A stretch of 64,000 bases of DNA from NCBI RefSeq assembly GCF_018350175.1, contig NC_058368.1, forward strand, positions 139,936,001 to 140,000,000, read 5' to 3'. Under the pieces are notes generated by a model. It searched no databases. It saw only the letters and a program-made list of their open reading frames with translations, and was not told the DNA's origin. Positions 26,722 through 40,286 of this stretch are shown here, one piece after another. A program made the position numbers and the translations under genes. Every line of letters begins with the position of its first letter. Position 1 is the stretch's first letter. The stretch is from Felis catus (taxonomy: Eukaryota).

Positions 26722-28404
26722 CTCTGTTGAATTTTAAGGAATTCTTTATATATTCTAGATATTAATCCTTTACCAGATACATGATTTGCAATGATTTTCT
26801 CCCACTTCTTTTCACTTTGTTAATTGTGTACTTTGATATGAAGTTTTTAATTTTTTAATTAAACAAGTTTTTGCTTTGATTTTTTTCCTTTTTTCTTTTA
26901 TAGACTTCTTATTTTATGGATGTAGTGTTTTCAGTTATCTGACTGATATTTTATTTACAAGACATTTCTTTATTTTATTTGTTTTTTCTCTCTGCTTTTT
27001 CTCTTTTTCACCAGAGTTCCTTTTGTTTGTGACCCTTTTTATTGGTCTCTGTGTTTCATGTTTGGGTTTTCCTCAGATATCTGGTAATTAATGATGGTCC
27101 ATTCATATTTAACAATGAGGTCTTAAAGTACTTAATAGAAATTCTATGTTGTTAAATGGAAATTCTAGGTGCTTATTGAATTGAATACTCTTAAGTTGTA
27201 TGATTTGGTTCGGAATCTAGGCCATCTTCTAAGAGGAGCCTTAAATATCAATATTTATAGGTTTTTCTTCTTAGGCCAGTTTCTTCAGAGAGGAATCTCC
27301 CCCTTCCTGTCTTGGGTGATATAGCACTGGCAACTGTGTGGATTAGGGTTTAGTTTGTATTGTTATCTTTTCCAATAAATCACCCCATCTCTACACTCAG
27401 TTATGACTGGTGTTGCTCAGGCCAGAGTCTCTTGATCAATTTTCTGATTTGATTTCTGGTCTTCTAGTCATCTTCCTGCCTTGTCTGAAGAGACTGGTGG
27501 AGTGCTTTGGGCAAAGGTGTCCTATCGACTCCTTATAGAGATTTTCAAAAAATTATCTTGCTTTTGGCTGAACCTGAGCTGTGGACTCAGTGATACCTGG
27601 TTTATCTAATTCTTGCGATTCCCACAGTTCTGTAACTTATCAAGTTTTTGACACATAATTAGCTTACTTCTTATTGGATTTCCAATTACAGATTCAGGTT
27701 TTATCATTCTCTGGTCAATTAGGCTACTTCTCATTTATTGTTTTCACTTTCCAGAAGTTGTTGACATCTCTCATATGCTATAATTAGCTCCTGGTTTGTG
27801 TGAGTGTATCTAGTTTTTAACTCCTTTTCCTCTCATTTTAGTTGGAATTCAGGAGGTAACAGTGAAAAAAAAAAAACAATTATATTCAATGCACCAAGTT
27901 TACCCATGAATTTATGTGTATTGTGTTTAAAGTAAGGGGAAAAAACCCTTGATATAAAAAGAAATGGTTAACAGTTATAATTATGCAAATTAGTTTATTA
28001 GTTAATTCAACTTAAAAGTTAAATGTTTGTTATTAATAGTAAGGTAATGAGGAAAAATAGAAATAGTGAATTCCTTAAGTTATTGCTTTAGTTTTTTTCT
28101 TCATGTGACTAATTTTTTGTCATAGAATATAAGAAGGGAATGCATGACTTATGAGGTTATGGTAATAACAAAAAGTTTACAATACTAAAAGGAAAATGCA
28201 GAATATAAAAATTTATAAATATTACTTGATCATGAATATATAAATCTAGAATTTCAGGATTAACAAATGGTTCTTTATTTTGTTTCTATTCACAAATATA
28301 AATTGTTATCATAAATATTACTTACTTTTCCTTCATTGTAGTTAGAATGCTTTAATGTTTACCATTGGTTAGTTTGTCAATGAAAGGGTAAGAAATAACA
28401 TCTG

Positions 28405-28631
28405 AGGGTGTCTGGGTGGCTCAGTCGGTTAAGTGTCGACTTCCGCTCAGGTCATGATCTCATGGCTCATGGGTTCGAGCCCCACAAAGGGCTCTGTGCT
28501 GACAGTTCAAAGCCTGGAGGCTGCTTCAGATTCTGTGTCTTCCTCTCTCTCTGCCCCTACCCCACTTGTGCTCCATCTTTCCTTGTCTGTCAAAAATAAA
28601 TAAAAAATGTTAAAAAAAATTAAAAAAAGAA
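28405..28631 (+). mobile_element. CAN-SINE
   Basis: Perfect 15-bp TSD aagaaataacatctg (28390-28404 / 28632-28646). Confidence 0.95.
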
Positions 28632-28725
28632 AAGAAATAACATCTGGATGGGAGCAGGACAAAAGGAGAACAGACTAGAAAAAGGCTATATATCGTTGAC
28701 AACTCTGGACTTTGAGACCAGCAAG

Positions 28726-28733
<8 letters not shown>

Positions 28734-28756
<23 letters not shown>

Positions 28757-28932
28757 GAGAGAGAGGGTGCAAGTGAGTGAGAGGGAAAGAGGGAAAGAGA
28801 GAAGTGGGACTCATCTGAAATGGGTCAGGTGGCTTGTGCTCACCTGATATGGGGCTCTGAGTCACATACTGTACGATCATGACCTGAGCCGAAATCAGAT
28901 GCTTAATGACTGAGCCATCAGGCACCCAGGCA
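28734..28932 (-). mobile_element. CAN-SINE, variant body
   Basis: TSD agcaagtagctttt; long pure T tail; body differs from neighbouring copies. Confidence 0.9.
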
Positions 28933-29394
28933 AGCAAGTAGCTTTTAAAGCAATTCTTTGACAGTTTTTCTGGATGTTATAACTGGTCATGACTTTGGAT
29001 TGCTGTCCTATTATCAGAAGATTAGCATATTTGTACTTGTAAACATGTCAGACCATGTTGGAAATGGCATCTCTAGAACTGAATATGTGGGAAGAAGGAT
29101 ATTTTCTCTTCCTTGTAAATTTGGTATAAAGAGTATTAAATGCCAGTGAAGGGAACTTCAAGAAATGTCCAAAAGATGGGATCAACAGAATGAAAAGCAT
29201 AGGGCATAAAGAAGAAGAAGGATCCTGGGTCCAGGAAGGAAAGGGTGTAGTAGTCTCAGTCAGCCAGTGTAGGGGTGTAGGGAGACATCCCTGACTGTAG
29301 CCCCTAACAAAAGAGTGGCTGTGGATGCACCTATGATCCCACCAACCTTGGGCATAGCTCCTTAAAATATAAATAAGTTTTGATCCAGAACTAA

Positions 29395-29945
29395 ACTATG
29401 GTGGTTTAAGAAGCAAATTATTTTACACTCTTTTTGAAAGACAAAGCCCAAATCACCCCCCTGCCCCAACACACACACTACTCTTTGCATCTAAGCTGAA
29501 CTTAGTGGCCAGTTAATGAGAGTATGGTGGAAATGATGCTGTGTGACTTAGAAAGTTAGGTCAGAAAGGCAATATATTTTTTACCTGGTTCACTGGAATA
29601 GTCACACTGGAGCCTTGAACTAACATGAAAGAATTTTATCACTGCAAGGCTACCATGCTGAGATGAAGCCCAAACTAGCCCCCTGGAGAGACCACACAGG
29701 GAGCCTTGAAAGTTCAGAACTAGCAGAGGAGCCTGGCCAATTCCCAGTAGATTTAGCCCTGCTGGTCTACTAGCTCTAGCCTTCCTCTTATTGCAACTGC
29801 ACAGAAGTGCCTGAGCTATAACCCTCCAGCTGAAGGGTCTCAAATTCTTGACCCCTAGAAACAGGAGATAAATGAAGATGATTGTTGTTACTTTAGGCCA
29901 CTAACATGTATTGTTAACTGACACCGCCGTAGATAATTGATTTAC
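29395..29945 (+). mobile_element. MaLR LTR (MLT1F/G-like)
   Basis: tggaaatgatgctgtgtgactt...aaattcttgacccctagaaac...ttgttactttaggccact. Confidence 0.7.
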
Positions 29946-30315
29946 AGTATCAAATCTTTCCCAATTATCTATTGCTACATAACAAACTATCCCCAAACTC
30001 ATTGGTACAAAGGAAGCATTTTATTGTGCTCATAGGTGCTGGGGATCAAGAATTCAGACTGGGCACAGTAAAAACGGCTTGTCACTGTTCCATGGTATCT
30101 GATGCATCAACCAGAATGACTTCAAAAGCTGGGATTGTTTCAATGGCTGGGGACTGGTATCATCTGGTGGCAGCTTTACTCACATATGCCTGGTGGTTGA
30201 TACTGGCTGTTGACTAGGACCTCAGCTGGAGTTGTCAGCCACAATACCTACCTGGCCTCCTATGTGGCCTGGAACTTCTTCACAGCGTCATGGCTGGATT
30301 CCAAGAGCAAGCTGC

Positions 30316-30316
30316 T

Positions 30317-30376
<60 letters not shown>

Positions 30377-30392
30377 TTTCTTTCTTTCCTTT
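30316..30392. repeat. (TTTC)n microsatellite derived from an L1 poly(A) tail
   Basis: Directly visible; abuts an antisense L1 3' end. Confidence 0.95.
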
Positions 30393-30858
30393 AATTTTAT
30401 TTAAATCCAAGTTAGTTAACATATAGTGTAATAATGGTTTCAAGGGTAGAATTTAGTGATTTATCACTTACATGTAACAACCATTGCTCATCCAACAAGT
30501 GCCCTCCTAATGCCCATCCTCTATTTAGCTCATCCCCCAACCCAACACCCCTCTAGCAACCCTTAGTTTGTTCTCTGTATTTAAGAGTCTCTCATGAGGC
30601 ACCTGGGTGGCTCATTTGGTTAAGTGTCTGACTTCAACTCAGGTCATGATCTTGCGGTTCTTGAGTTCAAGCCCCCAGTCAATCTCTGTGCTGACAGTTC
30701 AGAGCCTGGAGCCTGCTTTGGATTCTGTGCCTCACTCTCTCTCTGCCTCTCCCCCACTCTCTTTCTCTCAAAAATAAATAAACATTAAAACATTTAAAAA
30801 AAAGAGTCTTTTATGGTTTACCTCCCTCTCTGTTTTTATCTTATTTTTCCTTCCCTTC
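30393..30858 (-). mobile_element. Carnivore L1 3'UTR fragment
   Basis: Homologous to the 3' end of the long L1 (gctcatccaacaagtgccctcctaatgcccatc). Confidence 0.85.
30596..30801 (+). mobile_element. CAN-SINE inserted into the L1 3'UTR
   Basis: TSD aagagtct(c/t)t(c/t)atg. Confidence 0.92.
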
Positions 30859-33593
30859 AAATAAAATAAGAAAAATAAGCTGCTAGTTTTTTAAGGCCAG
30901 GTCCTGGACCTGGGATACTGGTGTTTCTACTGTATTCACATAACTCACATTGAATGGGAGAAGGCCTAGACCTCCATCTCTGGGTAGGCAGAAGGTCCAA
31001 GAATTTTGGATACTTCATTTCATAGGCTAGGTAGTGGTCTGTAACATGATCTGGCTCAAAATGATACACTGAGTTAATTATTTTCCCTTTATCCAAAATG
31101 TAACTAAGTGATGCAAAGGAATTACCTAGTTAGAAGTGAGAAATAGAGATGAAAAAATACCATGCTGTATGAACAAGGCCATGGGTAAACCAAGGTTATG
31201 AAGAAGCAGAAACTAGGAGAAAAGAGAACATCTATTAAGTAGAGACAATGAAGAGAGAAGGAAAAAAGGAATAAAAAGAAGATTCCTATAGTCCTGGAGA
31301 GGGACCATGACAAGGCAGGGAGGGGCTCTGGAATGGCTTCCTGCCCAGCAGTTTCTGTTCATTCTTTAGTTTTGACATTGGTCTTCTCTTTCTCATTCGG
31401 TTTTCTAGGTAACAGTCAATAACAGTGTCCTCCATGGCAATAAGATGTGGTGAAATGAATGAGGCTGGGAAGCAAGTTTCTTCCTTCCTCATAATGTTTA
31501 CTGATGTGATAGTGAGAGGTACCATTAGAGAGAAATAACTGTTTAAAATGGTTGTTGCTGAGTGGTAAGAAACAGCCACTCTGTGTTTGTTATTGCTCTC
31601 TGAACTTGATCATTATCTGCTAAGAAGATATATGGGAAATGGTCCGAAGGAAAGACGTTATTATTTCTAAAGATGTGTTGTTTTATAATGCATTTTGAAA
31701 TGGAAATGGGAAACTTAGAGATCTGGTTTTATCCAACCATAGGAATTATTTTTGTAACTAGAGAATGAACAAAACTTCCAAATACATTCATTCAACAGTT
31801 TTCCCTGAAATTCTAGAACACTTAACCTTATGTGGTATATTGGTCATATGTTTACTAAATTCAGTGACATACTCTTTTAAAAGAAATATTTTGTTACCCA
31901 CGAAATGGAGGGTTTTCCTGGTACTCTTAAATAGGGTCATTTGGATTTCATCTGCTACATCCATCTTCTCATCTAAAAGAATAGTTAGGTAGTCACTAAG
32001 GTACCACTATCAAAATAGCACTAACTCCAAGCATATCATTAACTTATTAGAAAGAATAAAGAATTCTAAGTTGTGAATAATACTAATATATGTCTCTTTC
32101 TTATAGAGCTGTTCTACCAAAGATTCACTTAAAATTCTGCCAATAAAGTAGAGTGTTTTGAGCTCTTCTTGCTGTGACAGAAAAGATATGATGTGAAGTC
32201 AGGTCAAAGTAGGGTTGCACCTGCTGACAGGGGTCATTCTTTGAAAAATCCCTGGGCTTTTTACACATTTTCACCATGACACACTAACATTTAATCCTTA
32301 TTGTAATTATTTGACCTAATCATCTTGCCAAGGATATAATTGATCTTTCTCCTGTAGGAGGAACGTAGAATAACAATGCCCTAATTTTGTACGTCTCTGT
32401 TCCATAATGACAGGCTGTCATTTTCTATAATTTACCAGAGATGATGAACAATGCATGTAGGCTGAATATAGTTGCTTAGTAACCACCTTTAAAAATTTTC
32501 TTAAATGTAATTGCTTCTCTGCTAGGGAAACACTGATCCAGCTAATCTGCATTTAAACCACTTTCTAAGCAACTCCACATATTAAACACCCCTGTGTTTT
32601 TTATTTCAAATTATTTTGCCTTTTAAACTCTGTTAAAGTCACCACCTTTGTTAAGATCATTATTTGTTTTTGAACAAAGCGAAGCATTCAAATAATTTTC
32701 TGACAATTACATTGTCATTCCCTCCACTTTTTTTTTGTATCTCTTTTCTTATTGCTTTTTTAGAGGTGAGGATAGATATTTAAAAAGAATCATGAAAATC
32801 CCCAGTTCAACTCTGAAAGATTCTAAATGCTTTCAAACACCACCAATCTGGTTTTCTTTAACTGTGTATCAAAATCACTATATGAGTGTTCTCTTGGCTT
32901 CTGTTACTGGTCTACCTCTTGCTGTTAATCCAACATCTATGTTGCTATTTAAGAAAATGTGGAGTCTATGCAGATACCTAGCACATAACTTCGCTCTTTA
33001 TAGTTTTGTCTACCTATGTACACTGACTAGAATGATGAAATAGTTAAAAGTTATAATTCTGTTAAATAGCTGTTGTTAGTAGTATGGGATAGTATTTCAA
33101 ATCCTTAATTACTGCACTATGTCCAGTCCACCTCTATAGCTGCCCATCTTTCCAGTGGGCAGAAAGCTCCTGTTGATGTAGGAATAATTCACAGCAAGAA
33201 AAAATTTGACTTAGTCTTTGATTCTAAGTTTGAATTGGATACGGGATAGAAGAGACTAGAAATTGATTTGAGGAACTGAAAGAACATGTTTATATTTCTA
33301 CCCCCAATCTTTAAACTTAGTAAATGACATCCAAGCTAGAGGAAAGGGAAGAGTTTGGAGAGAAGACAAAGGAAATTAGAAGCAAGTGTAGTGACTTTAC
33401 TCTTTGTTCCCCATCCATGTATGTGTCTCCACCCTCTCAGATCTACCTTTCATCTCAGGATCCAAGAGAGGAAAGTCTCAGGCAAAATCTGGAACAACTG
33501 TGAGCCTCCAAGAGAAACTCCCTGCTGCATGCGAGCTTAGCAAAATGGCAGAATGGTATAGATGGAAAAGACTGGGCCAGAGACACCTCCCAC

Positions 33594-33625
33594 CAATCAA
33601 TCAATCAATCAATCAGTCAATCAAT
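33594..33625. repeat. (AATC)n microsatellite
   Basis: Directly visible. Confidence 0.9.
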
Positions 33626-34319
33626 TTCAAAAACATTTTGCCCATGGATTCTGAGATCCAGTTATTGCTGGGGTCCTAGCATGGGGACACATAGGTTAGC
33701 TAAGAGAGAGAGCTGATAAGTTACTTGCGAGGAGGTCACCTAGCATTGTTGAAAGGACCTTCACCAAAAGAATGCTGCTTGTACTTCCTGCCAGGGATGA
33801 AAAGGAGTGCAGCTGAACACAGACAACTGTCAGCACCAGAGAACAGAGGAGGAGCTGGTGGTCAAGAGCTCTACTTGAGGAAGCATTGAATACCTTGAAC
33901 CAAGAGGAAAGACAAGTTACATTCCCAGTAGACACCAGCAGAGACATGACCTCAGAGAAGTGACATACAGCTTACCAATGAGGAAATGCTCCCATATACT
34001 TTCCTAACACTCAGATACTACCCTAGAGACAGTCATGGAAGCTAGAATATTCAGTTCACTAAGATTTAAGCTCATAGTGATTTGACTACAAGCTGGAATT
34101 GGTGGAAAGAATAATCTCTGCTGGACTTAGAAAATTCGGGCACTACTTGTTTTAAGTTGCCTCCCATTAGGCAGACTTGAGAAACAAATTTTCTACACTC
34201 CATTTAATTCGTACCTGTGTGGCTCAGCCTGGTTCATGTTAAGACAGCAGGGTTTGAGGGGATGAGAGTGGAGAAAGCTGAGGAATGTATTGAAGTTTCT
34301 ATCTCATATGGGGCAGTCT

Positions 34320-34720
34320 GGATGATGTAGTCAAGAGTAGATCATCTGTAACAAGCAACCCTGGTTTGAATCCTGGCTTCATCAAATACCAGTTTTGTAT
34401 TTTGGGGCAAAGTATTTTATTCTACTGAATCTGATTTTCCTCATTGGAAGACATATGATAATACTCAACTTCAGAGGGTTGTTGTGAGGTTTTAATACTT
34501 TTGGCACATAATGTCTGGACTATGATCACACGGTATCATATTCTTGACCTCCAGTGCTCTCCTTCATTCTTATCCCCCATGACATCTCCCCTCCACAGCT
34601 CCCCACCCCCAGCATGAAAGAACATTCCATGTGGGCAGAACTTCTTCCTTATTCACTTATGTATCCATAGTGTCTGGCACACAATAAATGCCAAATGAAT
34701 AGTTGTTGAATGAATAAATT
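34320..34720 (+). mobile_element. MIR followed by an L2 3' end fragment
   Basis: ctggtttgaatcctggcttc...gagggttgttgtgagg (MIR); gtgtctggcacacaataaatgcc...gttgaatgaataa (L2 tail). Confidence 0.65.
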
Positions 34721-35444
34721 GGGGTGGAGCTCTAGGGAGGTAGCCGGGAGTATTAAAGCAGGTTCTACCCATAGGGTAGTGGGGTGAGTGGAAGAGCAGG
34801 TGATTATAAATGGTAAGTTTCAGGAGTGCAGTTTTTCATTAGAGTGAGGGAAACAGAACACACTTATACTCACATGCACACTTACATTTATAATAGAAAG
34901 GGAACCGAAATTCATGGTCTGCAAAGACAAACAAATCCTGAGCTATAAAAGTATACTTTTATAGACTACTGGTTGTGTTTTCCAACAGTGTGTACATTTG
35001 TGTGAAACTCTGTGTGTGTCTTTTTCTAGTGTGTGTTTCTGAATGTTTGCAAAATACTTCAACTAGAGTTTTCAGTCTTATCTGATTGTTTTGAATTTAT
35101 CTATCTATCTATCTATCTATCATATGCAAGCTAAGTATTTCTTTGTGAAAAATGTAAATAGAATTTAACTACATTGAAAAGCCAAAACTACTGCTTTAAA
35201 GATCTTTAAGAGCTTGTAAAGATGAAGAAATTTTAGAAAGATTTTCATTTGACAGTTTAAGACTACTGTAGGCTTTTAGAATACAATTAACCTTTAAACC
35301 TGGCTCATCTTTAAAATGGGTAATAGACCTGACCTTGGAATAAGAGCAAAATCTCTATGGATACTTGGATTAGGACATAATATACTTTCATTCTTTTCAT
35401 TTTTTTTTCTTTTTAAACAAAAAAACCTTTAAAATCTGACATTT

Positions 35445-35652
35445 GGGGGCACCTGGATGGCACAGTCGATTGAGTGTCCGACTCTTGATTTTGGCTTGGG
35501 TCATGATTCCAGCGTCATAGGATCGAGCCCGTGTTGGGCTCTGTGCAGGGTGTAGAACCTGCTTAAGATTCTCTCTCTTTATCTTTCTCCCTCTGCCCCT
35601 CTCCCCTACTCATGCTCTCTCTCTTTTTAAAAAAATAAATAAATAAAAAGTA
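35445..35652 (+). mobile_element. CAN-SINE (older subfamily)
   Basis: Degenerate TSD aaaa(t/c)ct(g/c)acattt. Confidence 0.9.
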
Positions 35653-36247
35653 AAACCTCACATTTGTAGTTTTTACTATTTTTATTATTACTGGCGGGAA
35701 CGATCGGTAATGGTTTTCTAAAAGCAGAAAATTTTATGTTTCTAATGTTCAAAAATTTAATGTCCTTGACATAGCAAATGATGAAGTTTAATTCTGTTTT
35801 TCTTAGTAGTTCTCATCATTTGATTTCCATATACTTTGGTACGTAAAGATTGCCCTATGTACAAAATGGTCTGCCTTAATATATGACATTGTCATCAAGC
35901 CATAACAAAATGTTCTTTTATTTATGAGAAAATGAAAAGGTTAATTCTTTGGTTCTTTCAAAAGTAACTATTTAAATATGTCATCATTTAATAATGTAGA
36001 ATGAACATTTCACAGTTTCTGTAAAGATATTTTTTTGAGACCAGCAGTAACAAAGAGTTGACTAGGAGAAGCTAATAATAGACTCCAGCTGAGCAGGGAA
36101 GGAGTTGGTCCAGTGATTCTCAAACTTTCTCATTGTTCACTCTCTCTGGTTTCACCTGAGATTCTCAAGAATCACCTGAAAAATTTGTTCAATCACAGAT
36201 CTCCGGTTTAACAAAATCTCCATACCCAGGGATTTTGATTTAATGGG

Positions 36248-36713
36248 TGGTATAGTTGATTGAATGGTGGCCTCCATTCACATAGATATAGATATGGTCA
36301 CATTCTATCTCCTGGAAACTGTGAACGAGACCTTATTTGGAAAAAGGGTCTTTTCAGGTATAATTAAGGATCTCCGGATAAGATTACCCTTGATTATTGG
36401 GTTAGGTCCTAAATCCAATAACAAGTATCCTTATAAGATATACTGAAGAAGAAAAGACACACAGGGGAGATAGCCATGTGAAGGCAGAAATTGGAGTTTC
36501 GTAGCCCTAAGCTAAGGAACACCTGGGTCTGTTAGAAGCTGGAAGAGGCAAAGAATGATTCTTCCTTCCCTAGAGACTTCCAAGGAACCACAGTCCTACT
36601 GACACCTTGATTTCTAGCCTCTGGCTCCCAGAATTGTGAGAGAATAGATTTTTGTTGATTTAAGTCATTTAGCTTATGGTAAATTGTTATAGTAACCCTA
36701 GGAAACCAGTACA
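36248..36713 (+). mobile_element. MaLR LTR (MLT1C-like) inside a MER5-like element
   Basis: gaccttatttggaaaaagggtcttt...gaagctggaagaggcaaag...ccctaggaaaccagtaca. Confidence 0.85.
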
Positions 36714-36949
36714 GGGGTGGACCAAGAACGTGCATTTCCTGTAAGCTGTTGCTGCTAGGAAGTGGACCATGATTTGACTAGTATTGATTTAGTAGATGCT
36801 GTGAGTTTAGATGGAAATCAAGTCCAGGATGTTCCATAAATCAGTTGAAATACAGTAAGTTTAGATCAAACTGCCCAGGAAATCTGAAAATGAGCAAAGT
36901 GGAAACTTAGCTTGCACTGCTTTCTCCTCTCTTTGATATTTCCTTCTGC

Positions 36950-37245
36950 ATGGGTGTTCTATGCTCACAGAGCCTGTTCACTCCTGGTTATCCTCAAGAC
37001 TCAATTTAAACTTCCTTTCTTGGATTGGAGCCTCTGGAATAGGTTATCCTTTATTGTAACACTCCAGTAGAAGTCTGTACTTCTGTGTAGCCCTCATCAC
37101 CATTATAATGATTGTTTCAAGGTCTGTTTTTCTGGAACATTGTAAATTTTTAAGGAGAGAGGCCATAAAAGTCTTCCAGCTCTATACCCAGTTCCTAACA
37201 CAGAGTTTAACACACAGTAGGTATTCAATAAACATATCAGTGAAC
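36950..37245 (+). mobile_element. L2 3' fragment
   Basis: cacacagtaggtattcaataaa tail. Confidence 0.55.
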
Positions 37246-37882
37246 AGAAAGCAAGCCCTGCCCTAAAATACTCTGAGGAAAATGTTTGCTGCTTCTCTAT
37301 TGGCTGCGGATTTTTTATTCACGGGGTTTAGTAGGTAAAGCAAGATGTTAGAAGTGGACCAACAGATGATTATTAAGTATTTCTTTCTGTGCAGAATGAT
37401 TTACTGAGTTAGATGCTCTGAATGAAAATATATATTCAAGTCCTGTCAGCTCCATGTGGTGTGATCATCCTCTTTATCTCTGAGGCAAGTTTTCTTTCAA
37501 CACGTGTTATACACGTGCAAAAATAGAATAAAAAAGAGGATACTTTCTGCAAAGTACTCATTTTAACAACCACAAAATATGTATGTTTTTATTAGGCTTT
37601 TAAAGACAAGCTTTGAAACTGTAGCCTCTTCTTCTTTTCTAACCAATGACATGAAACCAGCTTTTTGAGCGGACCATCCCTTTTCATCTCCAAGAATAAA
37701 GTGACCAATTTGTAACTGTGACTACCTAACATGGGTCAGAATTTAATTATTAAGTCCCATGCTAGCATACAGATTGGTATTCAGTTTTGATGGGGTCACT
37801 AGCTAGAGTTCTAGCTATGCAAGGTGACCCAGGAAATTTCAACAGAAATTATTATTTAACAGTAGCTGATTCTTCTCCTGGG

Positions 37883-38002
37883 ATATAGATATAGATATAG
37901 ATATAGATATAGATATAGATATAGATATAGATATATAGATATATAGATATATAGATATACATATAGATATACATATATCTATCTATCTATTTATCTATAT
38001 AT
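37883..38002. repeat. (GATATA)n followed by (TATC)n microsatellite
   Basis: Directly visible. Confidence 0.97.
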
Positions 38003-38092
38003 ATTTTAACTTTTCAAAGTTTACTTTTTATTCAGCTGTACTGAGGTATAACTGACAAATAAAATTGGAATATATTTAAAGTGTACAGTGTG

Positions 38093-38199
38093 AGTTCATG
38101 GGTTCAAGCCCCGCTTCGGGTTCTGTGCTGACAGCTCAGAGCCTGGAACCTGCTTCAGTTTCTGTGTCTCCCTCTCTCTCTGCCCTTCCCCCACTCATG

Positions 38200-38230
<31 letters not shown>

Positions 38231-38266
38231 TCTGTTTCTCTCAATAAATAAACACTAAAAAAATTT
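38093..38266 (+). mobile_element. 5'-truncated CAN-SINE within an L1 3' fragment
   Basis: No head; flanked by tttaaagtgtacagtgtga / tttaaagcatacaatgtga. Confidence 0.88.
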
Positions 38267-38509
38267 TTTTAAAGCATACAATGTGATAATTTGATATGTA
38301 TACACATTGTGAAAGAATTCTTGAGTGAGATATCTTGAAAGGTTTTTATCAGCTAGATGATGTTCTATATATTAGCTATTAGCGGAACTATATTTTGCTA
38401 CTAAGTGTAATTTTGAATTAAAAAATTTGAATCCAAGTTTTCAATTCAGATCTATCTAAATCCAAAAGACCATACCCTTCTCATAAGGCCACATTAAAAA
38501 ATAAAATAA

Positions 38510-39570
38510 CTTGTGTAAGTAGCTTGGCCATTCAGTGACCAAATATGTATTTCTCATAGTATTTGGTCTTAGCCCCCTGGTTCCTGGCTCACAGCTTCCC
38601 AAAACCCTTGAAATTTCCTCAGTGATAAGAGCAATGGGAACATCTTTTTTCATAATATTTGGCCTCTTGTCTTCGGTTTCTGAAATCACTTCCGAGCCTT
38701 GAAGGGCAAATGGGTGTCTTGATATTCATAAGAAGCCCCCTTCCACCACACCTGGGTTTATGTTAATGTGGTGACTTTTAGAAAGCACCTAAGGATGGGG
38801 GCTGGTTGCCAGAGGAACCAACTGTGTGATTAGAGGTTAAAAGGGTCCGTTGCAGGGATACCTGGGTGGCTCAGTCGGTTGAACATCTGACTTCAGCTCA
38901 GGTCATGATCTCAAGGTCTGTGGATTCAAGCTCAGCGTTGGGCTCTGTGCTGACAGACTGGAGCCTGCTTTGGATTCTGTATCTCCCTCTCTCTCTGCCC
39001 CTAACCCACTCATGTTTTTTCTCTCTCTCTCAAAAATAAATAAACATTAAAAAAAAATTTTTTTTTAAGTTTCAATTGTCCCCCTGCCCTATCTTCTGGG
39101 AGAAGAGAGGGCCTGGAATTTGAGTTCAATCACCAATGACCAAAGATTTAATCAAGCACCTATGTAATGAGGCATCTGTAAAAACCCACAAGGATGGGGT
39201 TTGGAGAGCTTCCAGGTTGGTGAACACTGTGGAGATTTCAGAGACTTGTGAGCTGGGGGAGGGCAAAGAAACTCTGGGCCATTTCTCTCTACTTTGCTCT
39301 GTGAAACTCTTCCATCTGTCTGTTGCTGAGTTGTCTCCTTTTATAATAAATGGTAATCAACTGAGTAAAATATTTCTCTGAGGTCTGTGAGCCAACTATT
39401 TGAACCCAAGGAGGGAATCATTTGAATATCCTACTATAGCCAGTTTGTCCAGACAACAGCCTGGACTTGCCATTGGCATATCAAGTGAGGGCAGTCTTGT
39501 GGGACTGAGTCTGGGTGCTGTCTCTGGAAACCTAGTATCAAAATTGGTTTTGAGTTGTAGGATCCACTGG
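38510..39570 (+). mobile_element. MER21-like LTR interrupted by a SINE
   Basis: atttggtcttagcccctggttcctggctcacagc...gggcagtcttgtgggactgag. Confidence 0.8.
38855..39065 (+). mobile_element. CAN-SINE
   Basis: cctgggtggctcagtcggttga head, (CT)n tract, A-tail. Confidence 0.92.
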
Positions 39571-40286
39571 CTTCTCTTCCTTCCAATTTTAAGAGGAAGG
39601 TCTTTAATCTTTCGCCATTGCATATGATACTAGTGTTAATGTGAAAATAGACAATCTATTTTAGTAATGTAATCATCTTGTTGTTCAATAATGATAAAGT
39701 AGAACATTGTATAAGCTCTGAAGGTCCATTTAGTCTAGTATACAATTCTATAGTCAATTATGTTTCTGCAAATATCAAATGTGCTGATTCCTTTTTTTTT
39801 TTTTGAAGAAAAAGTTTACTTTTGGATGAATTCTCATCAATCTAAAATTGTTTAACCAGAAATAACAATTTCTTGACTGAGTATGTATAACTAAGGAATG
39901 TGATTCACTTTTGTTGTGTCTCTGGGGTTCTTATTTATCACTTGAATGATATCAAGTGATAAATGCTTAGATAATTAGAATCCCAATATCTGTCAGTCTG
40001 TGTCTTTTGTCTCTTCATACATGAGGGCACTTATGTTCCAAAAGTTTCTCTGATGTCTTCAGAAGAAAAACCAACAACTCTCTTTGGAATACATCTGGGC
40101 CATTCATACCTTCTTTTAAGAGCAGAGTCTGCATTATCTGTAATTACTTGCATCTCTTGTGGAACTTGTGTGTACTTTGGTCCTCCTACATCACAAATCA
40201 ATTCTCAATATTTGAGTCAACATAATCATTTCCCTCCTCATGCTACCTGAAAGAACCTAATTAACATATCCAAAATTACAATTAGA

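Larger units (their letters stand above)
19320..27900 (-). mobile_element. Fragmented old antisense L1 (L1M) scaffold hosting later LTR and SINE insertions
   Basis: Antisense L1 pieces at ~19320-19800, 20310-21208, 21625-21760, 23785-24700 and 25480-27900, several of which resume across insertions; probably more than one element. Confidence 0.65.
29960..31020 (-). mobile_element. MaLR LTR (MLT1-type) split by an L1 3' end and a SINE
   Basis: tctattgctacataacaaactatcccaaac...caagaattcagactgggcacag...; resumes after ~30860. Confidence 0.65.

Noticed and set aside
30210..30426. ORFs with FFLS repeats resembling membrane peptides
   Set aside because: Translation of the (TTTC)n tract
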